This document shows, piece by piece, positions 9,667-19,011 of a stretch of DNA of 64,000 bases. The notes below the pieces were generated by a model. The model saw only the letters and a list, made by a program, of their open reading frames with translations, made no database searches and was not told where the DNA came from. The stretch's first letter is position 1. Every line of letters starts with the position of its first letter. The translations under genes were made by a program, and so were the position numbers. Source of the DNA: Candidatus Babeliales bacterium (GTDB taxonomy: Bacteria > Babelota > Babeliae > Babelales > JACPOV01); assembly GCA_050250855.1 (NCBI GenBank), contig JBFWNW010000004.1, forward strand, positions 32,001 to 96,000, in the 5' to 3' direction.

Positions 9667-10506
9667 ATGATAAAAAATATAATACTTATTATAGGGATAA
9701 TTATTAGCTCATCAGTAGAGGGCATGGAACCTGAAGAGCTATTTCAAAAGCGCGTTGATGAAGAACAAAAAAAGAAAACAAAAAATTCGCCAAGACCAGA
9801 ACTTAATAAAAGGCTTGCTGTTTCTGAAGAAACGATACAAGCACATGATAAAAAAAGAGGGTTAACAGAAGCGTCTTTACTTTTTGTGCATCAGAAGAGA
9901 AATAGCCAGAACATTCTACCCGAAGGTCTTTCAAAAAGAAACTCTTATTATCAAGAGTATAGTCAGCTGGTGGAACTTATTAACGAAATTCCAGATGATA
10001 CTAAACGAGAAAATTTTGTTAAAACTATAATAAATAATAAGCAAGAAGAAGAGTTTGTTGCAAAAATGATCAATATTATTAACGAAAATGTGGTTGACTG
10101 TGAGATTAAATATGTAAGTCATACTGTTGATTATGAATCTGGCTGCACCATTACCGTACGAGCTATCCATAGCAAACAGCTTAAAAAAATCTTTTTAACC
10201 TTAAATGAACTTTATAAGCAGGAACAAGAAAAAGTATCTCTAGAAAATAAGCCAAAAAAAGGATCGTTCCTTAATATTTTTAGTTGGTCATTTTCAGAAA
10301 AAAAATCAGAAAAAGTGCCTGAGTCTGTTTTCAAAGAAAAAGAATTTAAAAAATTTGATACATGCCAAGACAATATTCTTTTTGAGCTTGCAACAAAGGG
10401 CTGCTATTTTGATGGCAGAACGCATTATACTCTTGATGAAATATTTAAGTTTAGCAAAGAAATTTCACCATACTCAGAAAGCTCACAGAATTTGTTTGGT
10501 GAATAA
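9667..10506 (+). CDS. Secreted hypothetical protein
   Basis: Signal peptide ...VEG|MEP; 279 aa. Confidence 0.75.
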   Translation: MIKNIILIIGIIISSSVEGMEPEELFQKRVDEEQKKKTKNSPRPELNKRLAVSEETIQAHDKKRGLTEASLLFVHQKRNSQNILPEGLSKRNSYYQEYSQLVELINEIPDDTKRENFVKTIINNKQEEEFVAKMINIINENVVDCEIKYVSHTVDYESGCTITVRAIHSKQLKKIFLTLNELYKQEQEKVSLENKPKKGSFLNIFSWSFSEKKSEKVPESVFKEKEFKKFDTCQDNILFELATKGCYFDGRTHYTLDEIFKFSKEISPYSESSQNLFGE

Positions 10507-10555
10507 TTTTGAAACTGAACGAAAATTCTATTTAAGAGTATGTATTTATTTCGTT

Positions 10556-10696
10556 CGTTCGTGGTGAGGGTTTTTCGTAGAAAAACGTCTCGAACCATAC
10601 GAACTCAAAATTAAAATATAATTTTTTATTTTTTGGTAAGTTGTCGTTATGGTTCGAGACGCAAACTAAAATAAGTTTGCTCCTCACCACGAACGG
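10556..10696. repeat. REP-like palindromic doublet, family B
   Basis: cgttcgtggtgagg..cgtctcgaaccat / atggttcgagacg..cctcaccacgaacg; near reverse complement of 57778-57912. Confidence 0.9.
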
Positions 10697-10704
10697 GATT
10701 GAAA

Positions 10705-11268
10705 TTAAGAATCACCCAAAGCTTTTTTAGTCAAAACGCGCATAATTCCTTGAGCAAACAGTTCTGCAGCTTTGGGACCTACGGCCGTTACTACAAGGCC
10801 ATCAGTGCAAATATCATGGCCCTTTGCATACTCTACGCCATTTCCTTTAAAAATAGTTTCTAATGCCAAATCATCATCCCAGCCCGTTGCCTTTTTGCCA
10901 GCAAGAGCATTTGCTTTTGCAAGAATGCGTGGTGCAATGCAAATAGCGCCATAAGGAATAGCATGTTTTTTTGCTTCAGATGCAATTTTGTAACTTATTG
11001 AATTATCAAGACAATCCATAGCACCAGGGCCGCCAATAAAAAATACGCCATCATAATCTGTTGGCTTAAGTTTATCAAGCGTACTATCAACGAGAGTGGT
11101 GGATTGATCAGATGCTACAGCACCACCGGGTTTATCACTTGCCGTAATAACCTTAATACCGTAACTTTCTAAAATTTTTTTGGGAACACCATATTCAATG
11201 GGTTGGTAGCCGTTTGATGCAATAATAAATACAACTTTTTTACCTTTGAGGTATTCTTTATGTTCCAT
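10705..11268 (-). CDS. DJ-1/PfpI family protein
   Basis: YDGVFFIGGPGA, GAICIAP nucleophile elbow, GKKAT. Confidence 0.92.
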   Translation of the reverse strand: MEHKEYLKGKKVVFIIASNGYQPIEYGVPKKILESYGIKVITASDKPGGAVASDQSTTLVDSTLDKLKPTDYDGVFFIGGPGAMDCLDNSISYKIASEAKKHAIPYGAICIAPRILAKANALAGKKATGWDDDLALETIFKGNGVEYAKGHDICTDGLVVTAVGPKAAELFAQGIMRVLTKKALGDS

Positions 11269-11366
11269 AGATTTTCCTTTTTTTTATAGTTTCATTTTAG
11301 CAGAATAAAAATTAATGTCCTGCTTGTCTACCTGGGACAACCGGTCTCATTAGAAGTATTTTTTAA

Positions 11367-11394
11367 TTGACATTATTACCTGGTATAGTACCAT
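11367..11394 (+). promoter_or_regulatory. Putative sigma70 promoter of DUF4097-like gene
   Basis: TTGACA at 11367 with TACCAT 16 nt later; also extended -10 TGgTATAGT at 11381. Confidence 0.45.
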
Positions 11395-11431
11395 ATTGTA
11401 ATATATGTTTTATAGTTTAAGGTGATTCTAC

Positions 11432-12400
11432 ATGAAAATAAAGCTATCTGTTGCGCTATTCTTTGCGTCTATTTGTAATCCTGTTTTTTCTTGGTGGCCT
11501 TTTGGCTCCTCAGGTAGTAGTTATGAGATTATTATCAATGGCAAAAGATATAGTAGTGAAAATAGTTGTTTTTCTAGCCAATTGACTGAAAAAGAGACTA
11601 GGACTGAGTCCGCATCAAATATTAAGAATCTTGATGCTAAGACTTCATCGGGAAAGATTGATGTTGTTGGCCAACCGTATATATCTGATGCAATAATTGA
11701 TATGGTTTTTAAAGCATCTCAAAAAGAAGAGATTGAACGCATGAAGAAAGCAGTTATTATTCAAAATAAAAACAATACGCTTTTTGTTAAAGATAATATA
11801 CCGCCCGATTGTTTTAGTTGTTCTATTGATTTTAATGTAAAAGTACCACAGCAAATTAATATTGATGCTTCTGCAGCTTCAGGTAATATTTCGGTTAAGG
11901 CTGTAACGGGTTTTCTTAAGTTTTTAACAGCAAGTGGAGATGTTACTACTAAGCATATAGGTGGTGGTATACAAGGAAAAACAAAGAGTGGCAATATTTA
12001 TGCCGAAAATATAAAAGGTGATGCAAATCTTAAAAGTTCTAGTGGTAAAATCTTTGCTGGTTTTGTTCAGGGAAATCTTTTTGCTACGAATTCTTCAGGA
12101 TCTATAAAAGCCCAAGATATTAAAAAGAACATTAGAACAGAAACAACTTCAGGTGATATTAAGGCTACAAACATAGGTGGCAATGCTGAATGCGCTAGCT
12201 CTAGTGGGAGTATTTTTATGGATGCTGTTAGAGGATCGCTTTGGGCGCGAGCTATTTCTGGAAGTATTAATGCTTCTAAGGTAAGAGATAGCTATGATTT
12301 CAAAACAACTTCAGGAAATATTTTTATTCAAAAGCATCCAGAGTTTAAAGGAGCTTTTCAACTAGCAAAAACAGTTTCAGGAAGAGTAAAATATAAATAA
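11432..12400 (+). CDS. Secreted DUF4097-like beta-strand repeat (adhesin-like) protein
   Basis: Signal peptide; about nine 19-aa repeats centred on (T/S)SG(D/N/S)I. Confidence 0.85.
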   Translation: MKIKLSVALFFASICNPVFSWWPFGSSGSSYEIIINGKRYSSENSCFSSQLTEKETRTESASNIKNLDAKTSSGKIDVVGQPYISDAIIDMVFKASQKEEIERMKKAVIIQNKNNTLFVKDNIPPDCFSCSIDFNVKVPQQINIDASAASGNISVKAVTGFLKFLTASGDVTTKHIGGGIQGKTKSGNIYAENIKGDANLKSSSGKIFAGFVQGNLFATNSSGSIKAQDIKKNIRTETTSGDIKATNIGGNAECASSSGSIFMDAVRGSLWARAISGSINASKVRDSYDFKTTSGNIFIQKHPEFKGAFQLAKTVSGRVKYK

Positions 12401-12414
12401 AAATATTTAATTAA

Positions 12415-13374
12415 TCATTTTTTCATTTTAGCAGAATAAAAATTAATGTCCTGCTTGTCTACCTGGGTTTGTATATGTAAAGCTGGAAAGGTAATATCTT
12501 GGTATGCCAATCTTTTTTCTAAAGGCGTAATAGTGATAGCAGAGCCAATCTGTTTTTTATAGATTCCTAGTCTGTGTAATGTTATATTTTTTTGTTCCAC
12601 AATTTTTTTTACCTGGCCATATGCGCGGTACAGCTTTTTGCTGCCATTGCCTTGCCAAGAAATCAGATAAAGATTTTTTACCTGCAGATGCATACACAAA
12701 GCGCATACCGCCTCAAAAGTAAGAATACTAGGCTGTGCAATAATAACATGCTCCAAGCAGATAGAGCCGAATTTTTTATGGAGTGTTGGTGCCAGTGTAT
12801 ATTCAATCCATGAAGGTGTTGATGCATAATGGCCAAGATAGCCAGGATCAATAAATACTAATCCATCTTCCTTTTTCATAACAGTAACCGTGCCGCGATT
12901 GCACGGTAGTTCAAGATAAGCTGAGCTTTCTTGCAGCCATGCTAAATATCCTATAAACAAATACAGCAATAATAAAAAGCTCCAGATTGCACGAACCATG
13001 CTTTTAGTATAATGCAGAATAAAAAATGCGCTTGCGACAAGCAATAGAAGTACTAACAAAGAAGGTTGCTTTAAACTAATGAGCCATCCTTGTGTATGAA
13101 ATGCTAAAAGAGAGCGCCAGCTATGCACAAGGTATTCAAGAAGATATACAAGCCAACTATTTGGCAGATGCAAAAGTTCTGCAAAAAAAAGCAATGAAGA
13201 GAGTAACAAAAATGCCATCAATAGCGGTGTGAAAATAAGATTAGCAAGAGGGCTCATCACCGATAACGGCAAGCCCCAACATATAAGAATAGGCAAAGAC
13301 CCCAGAGTAATAAAAAGCTGTACGTATAAAAAACGGATAAGGTAATGGTATAAAGCAGCGCTTTTTATGTTCAT
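12415..13374 (-). CDS. ComEC/Rec2-related membrane protein (partial Competence domain + degenerate MBL-like domain)
   Basis: QLFITLGSLP..SPLANLIFTPL TM pattern, FIDPG; no HxHxDH motif. Confidence 0.65.
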   Translation of the reverse strand: MNIKSAALYHYLIRFLYVQLFITLGSLPILICWGLPLSVMSPLANLIFTPLLMAFLLLSSLLFFAELLHLPNSWLVYLLEYLVHSWRSLLAFHTQGWLISLKQPSLLVLLLLVASAFFILHYTKSMVRAIWSFLLLLYLFIGYLAWLQESSAYLELPCNRGTVTVMKKEDGLVFIDPGYLGHYASTPSWIEYTLAPTLHKKFGSICLEHVIIAQPSILTFEAVCALCMHLQVKNLYLISWQGNGSKKLYRAYGQVKKIVEQKNITLHRLGIYKKQIGSAITITPLEKRLAYQDITFPALHIQTQVDKQDINFYSAKMKK

Positions 13375-13621
13375 AATGCCCCAGTATAGCGGTTTTTGGT
13401 ATATTCGTCATAATTTAAAAAATAAAAAAAGAGCCTTTCAGGTTAAAAAGGCCCAAAAAACCCTTTAATTTAAGCAAAATATTGCTTTTTTAGCTTCTTT
13501 TCTGGCACTCTGGTACATGAGGATGGTACTCATGAAGTGCCCCAAGTAATGAGGTAAAAAACATCTTGGGATTGTGGGTATCATTCTCGTAAGTAAATTG
13601 TTTAAAAATAAAGGATGAACA

Positions 13622-13852
13622 ATGAAGAAATTATTAGTAATGATTATGATGATAAGTTCTGTAGCTGGTCTTAAAGCAGTATGTTTTGATGAATCAACGT
13701 GTCCTGAAGTGACAATTCAGCAACAAGAAGAAAATAAAGAAACTGCTGATACTAAAAAGCTTGACACACAAGAAGCTAAAAAGCTATCAAAGGAAAAAGA
13801 AGATGCTTTGATTGCTGAAGCGTTGATCATTGAGCAAACAAAAGAGCAGTAA
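13622..13852 (+). CDS. Small secreted hypothetical protein
   Basis: AAGGA RBS; MKKLL...GLKA signal. Confidence 0.65.
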   Translation: MKKLLVMIMMISSVAGLKAVCFDESTCPEVTIQQQEENKETADTKKLDTQEAKKLSKEKEDALIAEALIIEQTKEQ

Positions 13853-13874
13853 AACAATTTTTAAGGAGTTTGTG

Positions 13875-14510
13875 ATGAAGAAATTAATGATGGTTATTTT
13901 TTTAAGTGCGCCATTCACTGTAGGCGCAAATGATCTTGGATCTCTGTTAGGAAAATTGACGGGAAAAATCGACCCTCAAATTACGGTAGCAGAAGGTGTT
14001 GTTTCGCTATTAGGTTCTAAGTTTCCTCAATTAAAGCCATCATTAGAAGGTTTTATGAATAATATCAAGGAAGCTGAAAAGCTAATACAAAAACAACTTA
14101 ACCAAGCAGAATTGGAAAAGTTATTTAATACGGTTAGTAACGTTCGTACTCAGTTAAAAACGTTAGCAAGTACTGTTTTGCCTCAAATAAAATTAGGTGT
14201 AAGCAGAAAGCTGACTGCAGCTCAATCAGAAGCTAAAGGACTTTTCAATCAGTTAGAGGGTATTGTTACTGATTTCTTAGTTGGAAAAGCTGAAGGTCTT
14301 TATAAAGAAGCTCTCAAAAAAGCAGGGGAACAGCAAGACCAGTTTATTGCTAAGGCTCAGTTGATTCTTGGTGCTTTGTATACGCAGCAAGATTTAGATG
14401 CAGACCTTTTACGAGGTAAAGCATTAGATTTGAGTAATAAGCTTAATAACTTTATTAAGAGTAAGCCTCAGCTGAAAGCTAAGCTCGATAAATTAATAAA
14501 AAGCTCATAA
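13875..14510 (+). CDS. Secreted helical hypothetical protein
   Basis: AAGGAG before ATG 13875; signal peptide; amphipathic helices. Confidence 0.75.
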   Translation: MKKLMMVIFLSAPFTVGANDLGSLLGKLTGKIDPQITVAEGVVSLLGSKFPQLKPSLEGFMNNIKEAEKLIQKQLNQAELEKLFNTVSNVRTQLKTLASTVLPQIKLGVSRKLTAAQSEAKGLFNQLEGIVTDFLVGKAEGLYKEALKKAGEQQDQFIAKAQLILGALYTQQDLDADLLRGKALDLSNKLNNFIKSKPQLKAKLDKLIKSS

Positions 14511-14584
14511 GGAAACTCCTTTTAAGGGAGACAAGAAAAGGGGAGTTGCAATACTTCCCTTTCTTGGTTTGTAAAGGTGATGTT

Positions 14585-15283
14585 ATGATAAAAAAAATTC
14601 TACCGATAATTCTTGGAGCATATTTTTCTTTAGGTGCGAGCGATTATATCATACGTCAACCCAAAACATCTGAAAGTGTAGTAAAGGGTGTGCATGTTCA
14701 AAACATTCTTTCTGCACAAGAACTTAATAAAGCTCTTGATACAGAACATAGAGAACAGTTGAGTGCTCTTATACGAAAAATTAAAGGAAAATCTACTGCA
14801 GAGGAACGGCTTGCTGAACTGAGTAATATCGGGCGACTTTCTTTTAAATATCCAGAATATGCACACGTCGTTGATTTTTTTAAAGATATGGAACGGCACA
14901 TGTTTTATATTTCAAAAACAACGGTAAATATCTTTGATCAACTACTTCCAAGTGTGAATATTTTGCATAATGCATTTATATTACTCTCACAATTGACAAC
15001 AGGTGAGGACCAAAAAATTTTCAAAACTCTCCATAACTTTTTTGAAGTAATTTTATTTGATTTAGCATGGCAGCGTTATCGTGAAGGCTTGTATTTTCGC
15101 AATAAAGGCGACAAGCAAGAATTTATTAACTATATAACGATTGCGCAAGCACTTATTTTTCGTCTCAAAGAAACTAATCCACGCGCAGCAAAATTCTTTG
15201 CAAAACTTGATACCTATCAACCAGTTCCTTTCATAAAAGAAATTCAACATCTTGGCGGTATGGCAAAAGGTGGTGGGTTTTAA
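14585..15283 (+). CDS. Secreted hypothetical protein
   Basis: AAGGTG before ATG 14585; signal peptide ...SLGA. Confidence 0.75.
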   Translation: MIKKILPIILGAYFSLGASDYIIRQPKTSESVVKGVHVQNILSAQELNKALDTEHREQLSALIRKIKGKSTAEERLAELSNIGRLSFKYPEYAHVVDFFKDMERHMFYISKTTVNIFDQLLPSVNILHNAFILLSQLTTGEDQKIFKTLHNFFEVILFDLAWQRYREGLYFRNKGDKQEFINYITIAQALIFRLKETNPRAAKFFAKLDTYQPVPFIKEIQHLGGMAKGGGF

Positions 15284-15364
15284 ATCCCAATTTTTTATTG
15301 TTCTTTTTTTCTAAAAATTTTATGGTTATAAAGGTGAATTTTTCAAGAAAGAAAGATAAGCAAA

Positions 15365-15592
15365 ATGCATAAAAAAAGGCATCTAGTTATTTTGTGCTGT
15401 ATGTTCATGCAGATAGTATGCATGCAAGATGGTGGACAAAAAGTACCAAAGAATAGTGCACCAGCACAAAATCCTCCTGTCTCTAAACTTTCCCTCTATT
15501 ATGCAAATAAAGTAGGTAATGATGGGACGGTGCTACACTTTGTTGGTTCTAAAAAAGCGTGTTTTCAATTCTTAAAACAAAAAAAATCCTGA
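15365..15592 (+). CDS. Small secreted hypothetical protein or remnant
   Basis: Signal-like ...IVC|MQD; GTVLHF resembles the start of an ankyrin repeat. Confidence 0.45.
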   Translation: MHKKRHLVILCCMFMQIVCMQDGGQKVPKNSAPAQNPPVSKLSLYYANKVGNDGTVLHFVGSKKACFQFLKQKKS

Positions 15593-15606
15593 AAAGAAGA
15601 TAAAGT

Positions 15607-17466
15607 ATGAATAATGCATTAGTAGACTTTTTAAATCATAAAGCTTATGCAATGCGTGTTTCTTCTTTACAGATGACAACGCATGCAGGATCTGGGCACC
15701 CAACATCAGCGCTATCAGCAGCTGATATTATGGCGGTGCTCTTTTTTTATACCATGCAGTATGATCCAAAAAATCATGATAATCCAAATAATGATCGTTT
15801 TATCCTTTCAAAAGGTCATGCATCGCCAATTTTATATGCAGCGTATAAAGAGTTAGGAATTCTTTCAGAGCAAGATCTTATGACCTATCGCACATTTGGT
15901 TCTGTGCTAGAAGGCCATCCAACGCCACGTTTTTCTTACAGTCAGGCGGCAACTGGTTCTTTAGGGCAAGGACTTTCTATTGCTGCAGGAATAGCATTAT
16001 CAGCTTTTATGGATAAACGTCATTTTTATACGTATGCATTATTAGGCGATAGTGAAGTAGCCGAAGGCTCCGTGTGGGAAGCAGTGGAAGTTGCAGCATA
16101 TTACAAACTTCATAACCTTGTTGCTATTCTTGATGAAAATCGTTTAGGACAAAGTACAGAAACTATAGATGGTTACGACAGTAATAAGTATGCACAAAAG
16201 TTTGAAGCATTTGGTTGGAACCCATTAATTGTTAATGGTCATAGTGTTATTGAATTAATGAATGCTTTTGACCAAGCGCAAAAAAGTAAAGACAAACCTT
16301 CCATTATTATCGCAAAAACTATTAAAGGATATGGCGTTCCAGAAGCTGAAAATAAAATGGGTTTTCATGGCAAAGCATTTTTGCACGAAGAGCTTCCTGG
16401 CATTTTAGCTGAAATGAAAAAAAAGTTTGCCTATGCTGCCAGCTATGCTGATTCTTATGCATGGCAGCCAAAATTGCCAAAAGAAGAAACAAAGAAACCA
16501 TTTAAAAAGATTTCACTATCGCTACCAACGTATAAAAAGGGTGATGAAATTCCTACGCGCAAAGCATATGGGCAAGCACTTGCTGCACTTGGTTTTGCAA
16601 GTCAAGAAGTAGTAGCTCTTGATGCTGAAGTAAAAAATTCTACGTATGCAGAAATTTTTGAAAAAGATCACCCAAAAAGATTTGTGCAATGTTTTATTGC
16701 AGAACAAAATATGATTGGCATGGCAGTTGGCATGACAACACAAGATAAAATTCCTTTTGCATCAACCTTTGGTGCTTTTATGACGCGCGCATTTGACCAA
16801 ATTCGCATGGCAGCAATTGGGCATGCACCATTGCGTTTATGCGGTTCACATGCAGGGGTCTCTATTGGCCAAGATGGGCCTTCACAAATGGCGCTTGAAG
16901 ATATTGCGATGATGCGCACCATCCCCGATTCTGTTATTTTTTATCCAGCTGATGCGGTTAGCACCTATAAATTGGTTGCTGTAATGGCCAATAATAATGA
17001 AACTATTTCCTATCTGCGCACAACGCGTGGTGCAACGCCAGTTTTGTATGACAACAATGAAGAGTTTAAAATAGGCGGTTGTAAAGTGCTGCGTCAGAGT
17101 GATCATGATACTGCTTTAGTTATTGGCGCCGGCATTACACTCCACAATGCACTTGAGGCTTATGAATGGTTAAAAAAAGAAAAGATTACGATTGCGGTTA
17201 TTGATCTTTATTCGGTAAAACCACTTGATCATGAAACAATTCTGAGCATGGCAAAAAAAGCTGGCAACTGCATCATTACCGTTGAAGATCATTATTTAGA
17301 AGGTGGTTTAGGCCAAGCCGTTACCTGTGCTTTACGCAATGAAAACATAGAAATAACCAATCTAGCTGTTCGCAAATTACCACGCTCAGGAGCGCCAGAA
17401 GAGCTTATGGCGTGGGAAGAAATTGACGCACAAGCAATTGTCCATGCTGTTAAAAAAATTTATTAA
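15607..17466 (+). CDS. tkt: Transketolase (single chain, about 620-aa type)
   Basis: SGHPTSALS, DRFILSKGH, TGSLGQG, GDSE..EGSVWEA, IAEQNM, GQDGPSQM. Confidence 0.95.
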   Translation: MNNALVDFLNHKAYAMRVSSLQMTTHAGSGHPTSALSAADIMAVLFFYTMQYDPKNHDNPNNDRFILSKGHASPILYAAYKELGILSEQDLMTYRTFGSVLEGHPTPRFSYSQAATGSLGQGLSIAAGIALSAFMDKRHFYTYALLGDSEVAEGSVWEAVEVAAYYKLHNLVAILDENRLGQSTETIDGYDSNKYAQKFEAFGWNPLIVNGHSVIELMNAFDQAQKSKDKPSIIIAKTIKGYGVPEAENKMGFHGKAFLHEELPGILAEMKKKFAYAASYADSYAWQPKLPKEETKKPFKKISLSLPTYKKGDEIPTRKAYGQALAALGFASQEVVALDAEVKNSTYAEIFEKDHPKRFVQCFIAEQNMIGMAVGMTTQDKIPFASTFGAFMTRAFDQIRMAAIGHAPLRLCGSHAGVSIGQDGPSQMALEDIAMMRTIPDSVIFYPADAVSTYKLVAVMANNNETISYLRTTRGATPVLYDNNEEFKIGGCKVLRQSDHDTALVIGAGITLHNALEAYEWLKKEKITIAVIDLYSVKPLDHETILSMAKKAGNCIITVEDHYLEGGLGQAVTCALRNENIEITNLAVRKLPRSGAPEELMAWEEIDAQAIVHAVKKIY

Positions 17467-17741
17467 TCAGAATATCCGGATTCATCATGGGAAGGATAAT
17501 CTGAATCAGGAAAACTATGAGAAGGTTTTTTGCAGCATGTATCGCATAATTCACAGCAAATTATAAGGCACAAAAATAGATTTGATGCTCCTTGTTTTTT
17601 TTGGGTAATGAGATTCGAATTTTCATTTGGACCAAGACCGTATTTAGCAGCTACTCTTGAAGTAAATTCTTTTGTGTCAGATTCCATGGCAAAAGAGTTA
17701 GTTGATGCAATTGCCAAGAGAATAATTAAATAATTTTTCAT
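17463..17741 (-). CDS. Small secreted KYG-motif Cys-rich protein
   Basis: SFA|MES; FTSRVAAKYGL; CLIICCELCDTCC. Confidence 0.7.
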   Translation of the reverse strand: MKNYLIILLAIASTNSFAMESDTKEFTSRVAAKYGLGPNENSNLITQKKQGASNLFLCLIICCELCDTCCKKPSHSFPDSDYPSHDESGYSD

Positions 17742-17831
17742 AGTGCAAATTAATCCTTACGAAGATGACATATTTTTTATTTTGAAAAGATGATTATAAC
17801 ATATAGATTGGTATTGTATATAGTATTTTTT

Positions 17832-18671
17832 TTACGATAATAGTTCTTCAAGCTGCTTTTTATTATTTTGAGATATAAATGTTGCGCGGCTCAGTAAATC
17901 CTTAGCAGTTTCGCCGTAGTTATTTTTTAATGTTTTTTGTGCACCATGGTTTAATAATGCTTGTATTATATCAACCACATTTTTTTGTGTATGCACCGTT
18001 GCTTTTTGTACAACATACATTAACGGCGTGTAACCCTTATGATTTTGTATATTGCAATCTGCACCCCATGCAAGAAGCTGGTCGGTAGCTTCTTTATGCA
18101 CACCCCATACGGCCCAATGTAAAGCTGTTTGTTTATTCTTATCTTGTTGATTAATAAGACATTTTTTTGTACCAAAAAGAAGTTTCATGATTTCAAGCTT
18201 ACCAGCTCCAGAGGCCCATTGAAAAGGTGTTTTTTCTTCATTATCTTTCAATTCGGGATTTGCACCGTTATCAAGAAGAAGCTGTGCCATACCAGTATGT
18301 CCTTTGTAACTTGCCCATGCAAGAGGAGTTTGTCCTTTGTTATTACGTGCATTTATTTGTACTTTTGGTTGTTTCAACAAGAGGGTAACAATATTAAAAT
18401 GATTATTGCCTGCGCTCCAATGCAAAGCGGTTTCGCCATTTTTATCAGTGCTATTTAAACAAGAAGGATTGGCTTCAAGTTTTTGGTTGACGGTGTCAAA
18501 ATCTCCATGGCCAGCGGCCCATTGAATAGAAATGTCATTAGATTTTTTATTAGGTGTTTGAAATGTTACTTTTGGTTTTTGGGGTTTTTTCTTTTTTGTT
18601 TCATCCATAGGCTGCGCTGTTTGAGCTGCAGTAAGGATGAAAAGAAAACCATAGCATAGTAAATTTTTCAT
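17832..18671 (-). CDS. Secreted ankyrin-repeat protein (paralog of 19900-20778)
   Basis: GETALHW, GQTPLAWA, QTALHWA, GYTPLMY repeats; signal peptide. Confidence 0.95.
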   Translation of the reverse strand: MKNLLCYGFLFILTAAQTAQPMDETKKKKPQKPKVTFQTPNKKSNDISIQWAAGHGDFDTVNQKLEANPSCLNSTDKNGETALHWSAGNNHFNIVTLLLKQPKVQINARNNKGQTPLAWASYKGHTGMAQLLLDNGANPELKDNEEKTPFQWASGAGKLEIMKLLFGTKKCLINQQDKNKQTALHWAVWGVHKEATDQLLAWGADCNIQNHKGYTPLMYVVQKATVHTQKNVVDIIQALLNHGAQKTLKNNYGETAKDLLSRATFISQNNKKQLEELLS

Positions 18672-18705
18672 AAATGCTTCCTTTTACGTATAGTGTTTGT
18701 ATAAG

Positions 18706-18926
18706 AGCTTATCCATAAATTCAAAAAAATGATATTTTGTGTTCGTACCCTTCGACCCATTCGACAAGCTCAGGGCAGGCTCCCCTCGAATTGCCTTTAG
18801 TCCCGAGCAGCTGCAAAGCTGACGAGGGGTCAGGGCGAACGGAATAAAAAAAGCATTTATATTAAAACCGTTCGTGCTGAGTTTATCGAAGCATTCGAAC
18901 GTCAATTAATAATTTATGGATAAGCT
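18706..18926. mobile_element. MITE-like element carrying a REP-like doublet
   Basis: Perfect 16-bp TIR agcttatccataaatt/aatttatggataagct; ATAAG directly repeated on both flanks (18701-18705, 18927-18931). Confidence 0.75.
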
Positions 18927-18962
18927 ATAAGTATAGCATAACATTTTATGTATGCATGATTC

Positions 18963-19011
18963 AAAAAAGAAAAAATAATGGATAGGCAGTTATTCTGCCT
19001 ATCCATTATTT
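18963..19011 (-). terminator. Intrinsic terminator
   Basis: 17-bp perfect stem aaataatggataggcag/ctgcctatccattattt, T-run on minus strand. Confidence 0.85.

Larger units (their letters stand above)
11290..12467. repeat. 47-bp perfect direct repeats (11290-11336, 12421-12467) flanking the DUF4097-like gene
   Basis: tttcattttagcagaataaaaattaatgtcctgcttgtctacctggg occurs twice; second copy is the 3' end of the ComEC-like CDS. Confidence 0.95.
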
